A DNA stretch of 32,580 nucleotides from a virus (Duplodnaviria; Caudoviricetes): IMG/VR virus record IMGVR_UViG_3300032283_000164, positions 1 to 32,580 of that record; one strand, 5' to 3'. Positions 1 through 8,249 of this stretch are shown here, one piece after another (position 1 is the stretch's first letter; each line of letters starts with the position of its first letter). A model generated the notes under the pieces. The model did no database searches, was not told the origin of the DNA, and worked only from the letters and a program-made list of their open reading frames with translations. The translations under genes were made by a program, and so were the position numbers.

Positions 1-77
1 ACTCTTTGTGCATCCCCGCGAAATTCCCGATTTGAAAAAATGGCGGATTAGTGCGGTTTTTGCGTAGACTGGTTTGC

Positions 78-1286
78 ATGACTGAACTGCGAATCGAAAC
101 TGTAAACGTAAACAGGTTGACCCCTGACCCAGCTAATGCACGAAAGCATGACGGCAAAAACTTGCAAGCGATAGCCCATTCACTAGAAAAGTTTGGGCAA
201 CGTAAACCAATTTGCGTAACGCCCGACTCAATCGTTGTTGCCGGCAACGGAACGCTTGAAGCTGCGAAGTCTTTAGGTTGGACTGAAATCGTAATTGCTC
301 GCACTCCAGTTGGTTGGACTTGGGAACAGATACGCGCCTTTGCTCTAGCTGATAACCGCACCGCAGAACTTGCAGAATGGGATGACAAGGTTCTTGCAGA
401 TCAGTTACTTGAACTTGATGCCAACGGTTGGGAGTTAGAGGAACTTGGATTTAGCAGTCTTGACCCATACCCAACTGAAAATGAAGATGAAGATCCTTTA
501 GCTTTTGAAACACCAGTTCAACCAATAACTAAACTTGGTGACATTTGGAAGTTAGGTGAACATTTATTGCTTTGTGGTGACGTGCTAGATCAACAGTCAA
601 TGGCTCGCTTATTCAAAGAACCAATTAGATTGCTTGTAACTGATCCACCATACGGCGTAGATTATTCTGGCAAAAATGATTTCTTAAATAATCACGGTAA
701 AGGTAATGCTAATCAAAAAGACATTGCCAATGATTCACAAACTACAGAACAAATGTATGAATTTTGGAAAGCAAGTTTTACAAACATACGAAGATTTATG
801 GATTCTGGTGCTTCTTACTATGTAACCGGGCCACAAGGTGAACTTGGACTTCCTTTGATGCAAGCTATAAAAGATTCTGATTTTTTGCTAAAGCATCAAA
901 TCGTATGGGTAAAAAATAATCACGTTTTAGGAAGAAGTGATTATCACTATAAGCACGAGCCAATTTTTTATGGATGGGTAAAAGGTGGTCATAAGTTCTA
1001 TGGTGGAACTTCAAAGTTTTCAGTCTGGAATTTTAATAAACCAATGAAATCTGATTTACATCCAACAATGAAACCAGTCGCAATTTATGAGGAAGCGATT
1101 AATAATTCATCTGCTAAAGGTGAAATCGTGGCTGACATTTTTACAGGATCTGGAACAATGATCATTGCAGCTGAACAAACCGGAAGAATTGCACGTTGTA
1201 TGGAACTTGATCCAGCCTATTGTGATGTAATTGTTAAACGTTGGGAAAACTTAACAGGTAAGACTGCTCAACTCGTAAAGGATTAA
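78..1286 (+). CDS. ParB/Srx-like N-terminal domain fused to beta-class N6-adenine/N4-cytosine DNA methyltransferase
   Basis: N-terminal DPANARKH...SLEKFGQRKPI...VVAGNGTLEAAK...ALADNR is ParB-like; catalytic TDPPY precedes HPTMKP and the SAM-binding DIFTGSGT (beta order). ATG at 78 is preferred to GTG 51 because TAGACT (65-70) lies 7 nt upstream. Confidence 0.88.
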   Translation: MTELRIETVNVNRLTPDPANARKHDGKNLQAIAHSLEKFGQRKPICVTPDSIVVAGNGTLEAAKSLGWTEIVIARTPVGWTWEQIRAFALADNRTAELAEWDDKVLADQLLELDANGWELEELGFSSLDPYPTENEDEDPLAFETPVQPITKLGDIWKLGEHLLLCGDVLDQQSMARLFKEPIRLLVTDPPYGVDYSGKNDFLNNHGKGNANQKDIANDSQTTEQMYEFWKASFTNIRRFMDSGASYYVTGPQGELGLPLMQAIKDSDFLLKHQIVWVKNNHVLGRSDYHYKHEPIFYGWVKGGHKFYGGTSKFSVWNFNKPMKSDLHPTMKPVAIYEEAINNSSAKGEIVADIFTGSGTMIIAAEQTGRIARCMELDPAYCDVIVKRWENLTGKTAQLVKD

Positions 1287-1287
1287 A

Positions 1288-1737
1288 ATGGCTCCGCGTG
1301 GCAGACCACCAAAACCGATTGAACAGAAACGGCTTACTGGCAACCCCGGCAAACGTACATTGCCAGACCAGAAAGAACTTGTGCTGTTGCCTTCTGCTTA
1401 CCACATTCCAGAACCTAACCGCCCACTTGGTAGCGCAGGCACAGAACTATGGGAACGCATTTGGGGTATGGGTCAAACATGGCTTAGTCCACTTACAGAC
1501 ATTGAGATTCTGCTTATGACTTGTGAGTTATTAGACGAACGGCGTAATCTAAGAATTCAGGTATTACAAAACAACAGACCAGACGAAAGAAAAGCCTTGC
1601 GCGATCTAGACCGTCAGTTAGTTGCTAACTTGTCGCTTCTAGGATTTACGCCAACAGATCGCTCCCGGCTAGGTGTGGCTGAAGTTAAACGTCAGTCAAA
1701 GCTAGAGGAGCTAAAATCTCGTGCCAGCCAAAATTGA
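1288..1737 (+). CDS. terS: Terminase small subunit (P27-like)
   Basis: RGRPPKP...LTGNPGKR N-terminus and LGFTPTDRSRL C-terminus typical of P27-family small terminases; immediately upstream of TerL. Confidence 0.88.
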   Translation: MAPRGRPPKPIEQKRLTGNPGKRTLPDQKELVLLPSAYHIPEPNRPLGSAGTELWERIWGMGQTWLSPLTDIEILLMTCELLDERRNLRIQVLQNNRPDERKALRDLDRQLVANLSLLGFTPTDRSRLGVAEVKRQSKLEELKSRASQN

Positions 1738-3235
1738 ATCTTGGCCACCAACTTGGCTTACACCTGTGAACAAAGCTGCGCTTACTAAATCGCGTGGCTC
1801 GCAAGTATCTGACTTTATAGACACGTTCGCTATACAGACCAAGGAAACAGTTGCCGGTTATGCAGGTGACAAGATGCAACTGCGCGATTGGCAACATGAA
1901 CTGATGCGACACTTGTTCGCAGTAGGTACAGATGGAAAGTTTAGACACCGCACCGCGCTTATTGGCATGGCTCGTAAGAACGGTAAGAGCGCACTAGGTT
2001 CTGGCATTGGTTTATGGTCGCTGATTATGGGGCCTAATGGTGGTGAAGTTTATTCTTGTGCAGCTGACAAAGATCAGGCGCGTATTGTCTTTGGTGATGC
2101 TAAACGAATGATTGAAGCAGAACCTGAACTTGCTGAGATTTGCAATGTGTATCGTGATGCAATTGAAGTGCCGGCTACCGGGTCTGTTTACCGGGTGCTA
2201 TCAAGTGAAAGTTTCACCAAGGAAGGCCTCAGTCCAACCACCGTACTTTTCGACGAAATTCACGCCAGCCCCAACCGAGAGTTGTTTGATGTTATGAGTT
2301 TGGGAATGGGAGCTAGGCGTTCACCAATTTTGATTGCACTAACTACGGCAGGGGTAAAAGCAGACTCAACAGGTCAAGATTCAATCGCATACAGCCTTTA
2401 TCAGTACGGCAAGCGCGTAGCTCAAAAAGAAATAGATGACCCTAGTTTCTTTATGGCTTGGTGGGAAGCAGAACAAGATGCAGACCACCACTTAGAAGAA
2501 ACATGGAAACAAGCCAACCCTGCCTTTGGTGATTTGAATGACCCTAAAGATTTTGAAGCTATGGTTAAGCGAACCCCAGAAGCAGAGTTCAGAACCAAGC
2601 GTTGCAACCAATGGGTAAGTAGCCAGACCGCTTGGCTACCAAACGGTGCGTGGGAATCGCTCGAAATTCAGCGCGAAATTTCACCCGATACGCCAGTTGT
2701 CTTAGGCTTCGATGGTTCGTTTAGTGGTGATGCTTCGGTTATTGTCGGCGTTACTTGTGAGGAACAGCCGTATGTCTTTATGGTCAAGGCTTGGGAAAAG
2801 CAGCCTGAAGATCAAGATGATTGGCGCGTAGACATTCTCGAAGTGGAAAATACGATTATTGAATTTTGTGGCACACATAACGTAAGAGAAATTGCGTGTG
2901 ACCCATTCCGTTGGCAGCGCACAATGCAAGTCTTAGATGAAGCAGGATTCCCAATTGTCGAGTGGCCTTCTACTTCCCCGGCTCGCATGGTTCCGGCGTG
3001 TGCCAAGTTCTATGATGCCGTTGTAGCAAACAAGCTAACCCATGACGGAAATCCGTTACTGATTAGGCACTTACAAAACGCGGTTGTTAAGACAGATCGG
3101 CTAGGCCCAAGAATTGTTAAAGAGCATCGCGGTTCGCCACGAAAGATAGATGCGGCTGTTGCTAGTATCATAGGATTTGATAGGGCAACTGTTTCAAGAG
3201 AAGAACCCGTTGTACCCCAGTTCTTTAGTTTCTAG
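1721..3235 (+). CDS. terL: Terminase large subunit
   Basis: Walker A MARKNGKS, Walker B VLFDEIH, LTTAG coupling motif, WKQANP, nuclease LGFDGS and KIDAAVA. Confidence 0.95.
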   Translation: MPAKIESWPPTWLTPVNKAALTKSRGSQVSDFIDTFAIQTKETVAGYAGDKMQLRDWQHELMRHLFAVGTDGKFRHRTALIGMARKNGKSALGSGIGLWSLIMGPNGGEVYSCAADKDQARIVFGDAKRMIEAEPELAEICNVYRDAIEVPATGSVYRVLSSESFTKEGLSPTTVLFDEIHASPNRELFDVMSLGMGARRSPILIALTTAGVKADSTGQDSIAYSLYQYGKRVAQKEIDDPSFFMAWWEAEQDADHHLEETWKQANPAFGDLNDPKDFEAMVKRTPEAEFRTKRCNQWVSSQTAWLPNGAWESLEIQREISPDTPVVLGFDGSFSGDASVIVGVTCEEQPYVFMVKAWEKQPEDQDDWRVDILEVENTIIEFCGTHNVREIACDPFRWQRTMQVLDEAGFPIVEWPSTSPARMVPACAKFYDAVVANKLTHDGNPLLIRHLQNAVVKTDRLGPRIVKEHRGSPRKIDAAVASIIGFDRATVSREEPVVPQFFSF

Positions 3236-3246
3236 GAGTTGCTTTG

Positions 3247-3381
3247 ATGCCGTCTATCCTGCAAGTGGTTGGTTTAGCAACAATCTCAATCGGTCTAGGT
3301 TTGTTCATCCTGCCATTAGGAATAGTCGCAGCTGGCGTAAGTATCTTGCTTGTCGGTATTGCATTTGAGAAGGGTCAATAA
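3247..3381 (+). CDS. Small hydrophobic membrane protein (44 aa; not in ORF track)
   Basis: MPSILQVVGLATISIGLGLFILPLGIVAAGVSILLVGIAFEKGQ; AGGAG RBS at 3234-3238; its TAA overlaps the portal ATG (TAATG). Confidence 0.75.
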   Translation: MPSILQVVGLATISIGLGLFILPLGIVAAGVSILLVGIAFEKGQ

Positions 3382-4916
3382 TGCTTGGCAATTTAACAGG
3401 TCGTAACGAAGAAGAACGCGCCATAAGTTTCCAGTCTATTTGGGGCGCAGGCGATTCATTCGCGTTTACAACTGAAGCCGGCACAAACATAGACGAAGAT
3501 CAGGCGATGAAGATTAACGCCTTCTATGCTTGCGTTCTTTTAATCTCTGACACGATTAGCACTTTGCCAGTTGATGCCTTCCGCAGAATTGACGGTGACC
3601 GTGTTCCTTATCGTCCTCAGCCTTCTTGGGTTCAGCGACCAGATGTAGACCTACTTCGTTCAGAGCATTACCAGCAAGTTCTTATTTCTTTATTGCTAGA
3701 CGGCAACGCTTTCATTCGAGTATTCCGAGATAACTCAGGTCAGGTAATCAACTTAGTTGTTATTGACCCTTCACGGGTTACGGTAACTCGAAACAAGGTC
3801 ACACGCGAAATCGAATACATCATTGATTCCGATGAAGCCAAACCAGTAAGCAAGCGCGACATGATTCAGATTACTGAAATGCGCAAGGCTGGCGATCTGC
3901 GCGGTATGTCTAGAGTCACAGAACTTAAAGACAATTTAGGTCTATCTAGTGCGCTTCAATCTTTTGCTTCTCGTTTCTTTGGTCAGGGCGCAACAACTCA
4001 AGGCATCATCGAAACGCCTATGGCACTAAACAGCGAACAGGCAAAGCAACTTGTAGATGGATTCTCTGCACGTCATAACGGATTCCGCAAAGCACACAAG
4101 ACTGGGCTGCTAACAGGTGGCGCAAAGTTTGTAAAGACTGGTATCAACCCAGACGAAGCCCAGATGCTAGACAGTCGCAAGTTAGCGATTGAAGAAATAG
4201 CTCGAATCTTCCGCGTTCCACCACACATGATCGGTATTACTACGCCGGGCGCAATGTCCTACGCATCGGTGGAACAGAACAACATTAACTTCGTAACCCA
4301 TACGCTTCGCCCATACGTTACAAAGATTGAAGATGCTTACAGCGCACTTTTACCAGATGGCGCATTTATTAAATTTAACGTAGATGGTTTACTGCGCGGT
4401 GACTTTGCTACTCGAATGAACGGATACTCAATTGGTTCACAAGCAGGCTTTCTTTCAGTTAACGACATTCGCAGATTCGAGGACTTACGACCTGTTGAAG
4501 GTGGTGACGTTTATCGCGTTCCTTTGGCTAACGTGGATTTGGGTGCTGCTTCACTCGTTGAAACCGACAAGCGCGTTTCGATGGCTCAGAAACTTATCAT
4601 TAGTGGCTTTGACCCTGCTGGCGTTTTATCTGCTCTAGGTTTGCCTGCAATTACGCATACTGGATTACCTTCAGTACAGCTACAAGGTATTGCTCAGATT
4701 GACCCGGTAAATCCCGAAGCCGTTTATGACGTACAACGTACACACGATGTAAACGTGCAGATGCCTGAAACTATTGTCAATGTACCGCCAGCCGTGATAA
4801 ATGTTGCACCGCCTAACATCACGGTTGAAGCACCACAACAAAAAACAACTATTCGCACCGTTGAACGTGACGATAATGGACACATTGTTAACATCATTGA
4901 AAGAGTTGAAAACTAA
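3381..4916 (+). CDS. HK97-family portal protein with C-terminal extension
   Basis: AFYACVLLISDTISTLP, LLDGNAF, EEIARIFRVPPHMIG, SYASVEQ and FLSVNDIRRFEDL motifs; position after TerL. Confidence 0.93.
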   Translation: MLGNLTGRNEEERAISFQSIWGAGDSFAFTTEAGTNIDEDQAMKINAFYACVLLISDTISTLPVDAFRRIDGDRVPYRPQPSWVQRPDVDLLRSEHYQQVLISLLLDGNAFIRVFRDNSGQVINLVVIDPSRVTVTRNKVTREIEYIIDSDEAKPVSKRDMIQITEMRKAGDLRGMSRVTELKDNLGLSSALQSFASRFFGQGATTQGIIETPMALNSEQAKQLVDGFSARHNGFRKAHKTGLLTGGAKFVKTGINPDEAQMLDSRKLAIEEIARIFRVPPHMIGITTPGAMSYASVEQNNINFVTHTLRPYVTKIEDAYSALLPDGAFIKFNVDGLLRGDFATRMNGYSIGSQAGFLSVNDIRRFEDLRPVEGGDVYRVPLANVDLGAASLVETDKRVSMAQKLIISGFDPAGVLSALGLPAITHTGLPSVQLQGIAQIDPVNPEAVYDVQRTHDVNVQMPETIVNVPPAVINVAPPNITVEAPQQKTTIRTVERDDNGHIVNIIERVEN

Positions 4917-5299
4917 TGGCAACTGGAATGAGCGCGTATTTAGCAAACAGTTTGCTTAACGCTTTAGGCAACAACACCGCATACGCCGTAACTAATGTTT
5001 ATGTTAAGTTGCACGTTGGTGACCCCGGCGCAGCAGGCACGTCTAACGCGGCAACAGAAACCACGCGCAAAGCAGTTTCATTCGCTGGCGCATCGGCTGG
5101 TTCTATTGCTTCAGATGCAGACGTAACTTGGACAAACATTTCAGGTAGTCAAGATGCAACTTTCTTTACTGCTTGGGATTCAATAGATGCTGGTAGTTTC
5201 TTGTTCTCTGGAACGATTACAGGTAACCCGTACACGGCAGGCGATACCTACACGATTTCATCTGGTTCTTTCGTAACATCACTAACCGTAGCGAGCTAA
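4916..5299 (+). CDS. Putative virion structural protein (beta-rich, 127 aa)
   Basis: TAATG-coupled to portal; Ala/Ser/Thr/Gly-rich; located in the head module. Function is inferred only. Confidence 0.55.
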   Translation: MATGMSAYLANSLLNALGNNTAYAVTNVYVKLHVGDPGAAGTSNAATETTRKAVSFAGASAGSIASDADVTWTNISGSQDATFFTAWDSIDAGSFLFSGTITGNPYTAGDTYTISSGSFVTSLTVAS

Positions 5300-5302
5300 G
5301 TT

Positions 5303-6124
5303 ATGGGTTCGTCAGAACTCAATGACTTTCAGTTAAACGCAGACCGTCTAGCGCGACTTGCGCAGATGGTTCTTGATTCACGCAAACTTGATCAGTCACT
5401 TGTTGGTGGCAACGTAAGTTACAACGCAAGCGATTTTGTTTACAACTCAACCGTTTCTACTTATGACGGCGTGTTTACAAACTTGGCCGATGCTTCTGCA
5501 TCACTGGGTGAATTGAGCGCAAGCGTTCAGTCTGTGCCTGTTGTAGTTGTTTCAGCATCTAGTTCTTTAGGCGCATTAACAAGCGCGGCTAGTTCATCAG
5601 TTAGCCATAACGCTTCATTGTCTGCATCACTAGGTTCTTTAGATTCCACAGCTTCAAGTATTCCGCAAATCTTGCCTGTTCTAAATGCTGATCTAGGTTC
5701 CTTGTCTAGTGTTGTGACGGCAACAGTTACTCACGTTGCAACGGCTCAAGCAGTCCTAGATGGTTTAACAGCAACGGCAAACACTACGCCGACTATCAAA
5801 CCCGTATTCATGGGTTCACTTGGAACGCTAGAAGCTACGGCTACTGCAACTGTTATACCGCCAACACCGCCAGAACCAGAGATACCCGGCTATGGTTCTA
5901 ACCGCCCATACCCTGCACCACCAATACGCCAGCCAAAGGTTGAGCCATTACCGCAACCACCAACGCCAGTAATCGTAGAAACACCACCAGCGCGACCTGT
6001 AAGAATGCCTGCCACAATTACGGCTACGACTTCTGAATTAACTCCAGCATTCTCTGTTAGCGTTCAAGCGCAAGTAGAATGGTCAATACTAGAAGATGAA
6101 GCAGAACTGCTTCTGATGCTCTAA
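5303..6124 (+). CDS. Putative fibre-like structural protein with degenerate (A/S)xLGxL repeats and a Pro-rich C-terminus
   Basis: Repeats ASLGEL, SSLGAL, ASLGSL, ADLGSL, AVLDGL, GSLGTL at roughly 20-aa spacing; PPTPPEP tract; EDEAELLLML terminus. Confidence 0.55.
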   Translation: MGSSELNDFQLNADRLARLAQMVLDSRKLDQSLVGGNVSYNASDFVYNSTVSTYDGVFTNLADASASLGELSASVQSVPVVVVSASSSLGALTSAASSSVSHNASLSASLGSLDSTASSIPQILPVLNADLGSLSSVVTATVTHVATAQAVLDGLTATANTTPTIKPVFMGSLGTLEATATATVIPPTPPEPEIPGYGSNRPYPAPPIRQPKVEPLPQPPTPVIVETPPARPVRMPATITATTSELTPAFSVSVQAQVEWSILEDEAELLLML

Positions 6125-6132
6125 GGATTTAT

Positions 6133-6396
6133 ATGGCGATTACATCTGGACAATTACAGGCTGGAACTACACGACAACAAATAGACACTTCTAGTGCTAA
6201 TCCATTTAAGTTGCACCTACACAATAACGAAGCAACTACTGCAATTTATGTTGGTAATTCAGAAGTAACCGTAAGCAATGGTCTTAGACTTGAATCAAAA
6301 GACAGTTTAGAACTTTTGATGAATCCCGGTGAATCACTTTTTGTTATTAGCACATCTAATAATCATTTAATAACTTGGCTAAAGCAGGAATTTTAA
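6133..6396 (+). CDS. Hypothetical protein (87 aa, probable small beta-sandwich)
   Basis: AAGGA RBS; TAATG overlap with the next gene; alternating beta-strand pattern. Confidence 0.6.
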   Translation: MAITSGQLQAGTTRQQIDTSSANPFKLHLHNNEATTAIYVGNSEVTVSNGLRLESKDSLELLMNPGESLFVISTSNNHLITWLKQEF

Positions 6397-8090
6397 TGCC
6401 ATATTTCATTACGGATAAAGCACAAGGTTGCTCAGGCTGGGCAACTACTAAAGAGGATGGCGAAGTTATTGGTTGTCATACAACTAAGCAAGCTGCCATA
6501 GATCAGATGGTTGCAGTTTCAATAGCTGAGGACATGGAACCCGGTGGTGAAAGACTTGATTCTGGGCCACTAGCTGTAATTGTTGACATTGACGATACTT
6601 TGATTAGAGATGGTCAGTTAATTCAAAAGACCTATAACTATCTGGATGACATGGAAGATACAGAAATCTTTATTGTTACTGGTCGCAATGTTTCTCAACG
6701 TGATGAAACTGTTGCACAATTGGATTCCTTAGGCGTGGACTATGACCGTCTATTTATGAATCCGGGAAGCACAGCCGATACACCAGCATTTAAGAAAGCT
6801 ACGGCTGAAGCGTTACTTAAAGAATTCAATGTGATTATTGCAATAGACAATAACCCTGCTAACCGCGCTGTTTATCGTGAACTAGGAATTACCGCTTTAG
6901 ATGTTTCCGATGTCCCAGATGTACCTAGCGATGAAAACAATCCAGATGAAGAAAACACACGAGCAATAGACCAAGATGCTCCTGCCTACATGAGAGCAGC
7001 GGCTAGACGTGGACTTGCTTACTATGCAGACGGCAAGGGTGGCGATGGTCTAGTTGAGAAAACTATTCGCGATGCTCGCCTTATGGCAGATGGTCAAGTA
7101 TCAGATGATAAGTGGATAGCGATAGCCGCTTGGATTGCCCGGCACTTAGTTGATCTAGATTCACCAGATGCAAACCCTGACTCTGATAATTACCCAAGCG
7201 CAGGAGTCGTGGCGCATTTACTTTGGGGAAGTGGCCCGACCAAGCGACAAGCACAACGAGTTCTAGATTATGCGCAAGGCGTGGTTGAACGTATCCGCGC
7301 TGAAGAACGTACAGCAAATGATTTGCAGAATGAGAAATGGCGCACGATAGCGTTAAACTTAAACAAAGACGAAAGGCAACAAATGACAACCACAGTAGAA
7401 CGCCGCGTTAACACCGTTGAGTTTGACGTTCGGGCAGCTGAAGCATCTAGCGATGGCATGAGTTTCACAGGCTACGCAGCCGTATTTAATTCACCGTCTG
7501 AACCGTTACCGTTTACTGAGGTGATCAAAGAAGGCGCATTCAAGCGTTCTCTAAAGTCGCGCAACGAAATCAAGCTATTTATGAATCACAATACAGACGT
7601 AGTTTTGGGTTCTACACGCGCAGGAACTTTGCAATTAACTGAGGACTCACGCGGATTACTAGCGCAAGCCCAACTGCCTGACACTACTGCCGGGCGCGAC
7701 CTATCTGTGCTTATGAAGCGTGGCGATGTTTCCTCTATGTCTTTTGGTTTCAGCGTTCCACCAAAGGGCGACTCTTGGAGTTCAGACGGCGCAACCCGTG
7801 AACTGCATCAGGTTCGCTTGCATGAGGTTTCTATTGTGACTGGATTCCCTGCCTACGAAGCCACAACTGCCAGCGTTCGTTCATTGAACATTTTGGCAGA
7901 ACGTACCGCCGTAGATGTAGACACACTAAGCGATGCGATCTTGAAGTTAGAAGCAGGCGAAACTCTAGACGATGCACACGCAGACCTAATTACCGAAGTT
8001 GTTTCTAAGCTACGCGCAGACCAGCCAACACAAACTGACCTGCTAGAAATCAAGCGTAAACAACTTGACCTAATGCTGAAGGCGTTCTAA
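6396..8090 (+). CDS. Multidomain prohead (capsid maturation) protease: small N-domain, HAD-family phosphatase, helical domain, HK97-type protease
   Basis: HAD motifs IVDIDDTL, IVTGR, FKK, AIDNN; protease FTGYAAVFN, LFMNHN, SSMSFGF, LHEVSIVTGFPAY. ATG 6396 overlaps the upstream stop. Confidence 0.88.
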   Translation: MPYFITDKAQGCSGWATTKEDGEVIGCHTTKQAAIDQMVAVSIAEDMEPGGERLDSGPLAVIVDIDDTLIRDGQLIQKTYNYLDDMEDTEIFIVTGRNVSQRDETVAQLDSLGVDYDRLFMNPGSTADTPAFKKATAEALLKEFNVIIAIDNNPANRAVYRELGITALDVSDVPDVPSDENNPDEENTRAIDQDAPAYMRAAARRGLAYYADGKGGDGLVEKTIRDARLMADGQVSDDKWIAIAAWIARHLVDLDSPDANPDSDNYPSAGVVAHLLWGSGPTKRQAQRVLDYAQGVVERIRAEERTANDLQNEKWRTIALNLNKDERQQMTTTVERRVNTVEFDVRAAEASSDGMSFTGYAAVFNSPSEPLPFTEVIKEGAFKRSLKSRNEIKLFMNHNTDVVLGSTRAGTLQLTEDSRGLLAQAQLPDTTAGRDLSVLMKRGDVSSMSFGFSVPPKGDSWSSDGATRELHQVRLHEVSIVTGFPAYEATTASVRSLNILAERTAVDVDTLSDAILKLEAGETLDDAHADLITEVVSKLRADQPTQTDLLEIKRKQLDLMLKAF

Positions 8091-8100
8091 ACTTTCTCAT

Positions 8101-8144
8101 AGACAGACCTGCATCAGGGGAAGGATGTAGGTCTGTTTTTATTT
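8101..8144 (+). terminator. Rho-independent terminator after the protease gene
   Basis: ACAGACCTGCATC (8103-8115) pairs with GATGTAGGTCTGT (8124-8136), followed by TTTTATTT. Confidence 0.8.
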
Positions 8145-8160
8145 GTGCCATAATTAGATA

Positions 8161-8208
8161 AGCATTATGCGGAGCCGCTATTGCTGCAACTGTCGTGGAG
8201 CCACGCAG
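8161..8208 (+). promoter_or_regulatory. Twin GAGC-tetraloop hairpins in the capsid gene leader (candidate cis-regulatory RNA)
   Basis: AGCATTA-T-GCG[GAGC]CGC-TATTGCT and CTG-T-CGTG[GAGC]CACG-CAG; downstream of a possible -10 element (CATAAT, 8149-8154). Confidence 0.55.
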
Positions 8209-8249
8209 AAACCGTAAGACCAATCCAATCAAACACTTTAGGAGTTACT

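Noticed and set aside
78-470. ParB-like domain as evidence for a plasmid-prophage partition system
   Set aside because: No ParA or parS array; ParB-like/MTase fusions beside terminase genes are common in phages.
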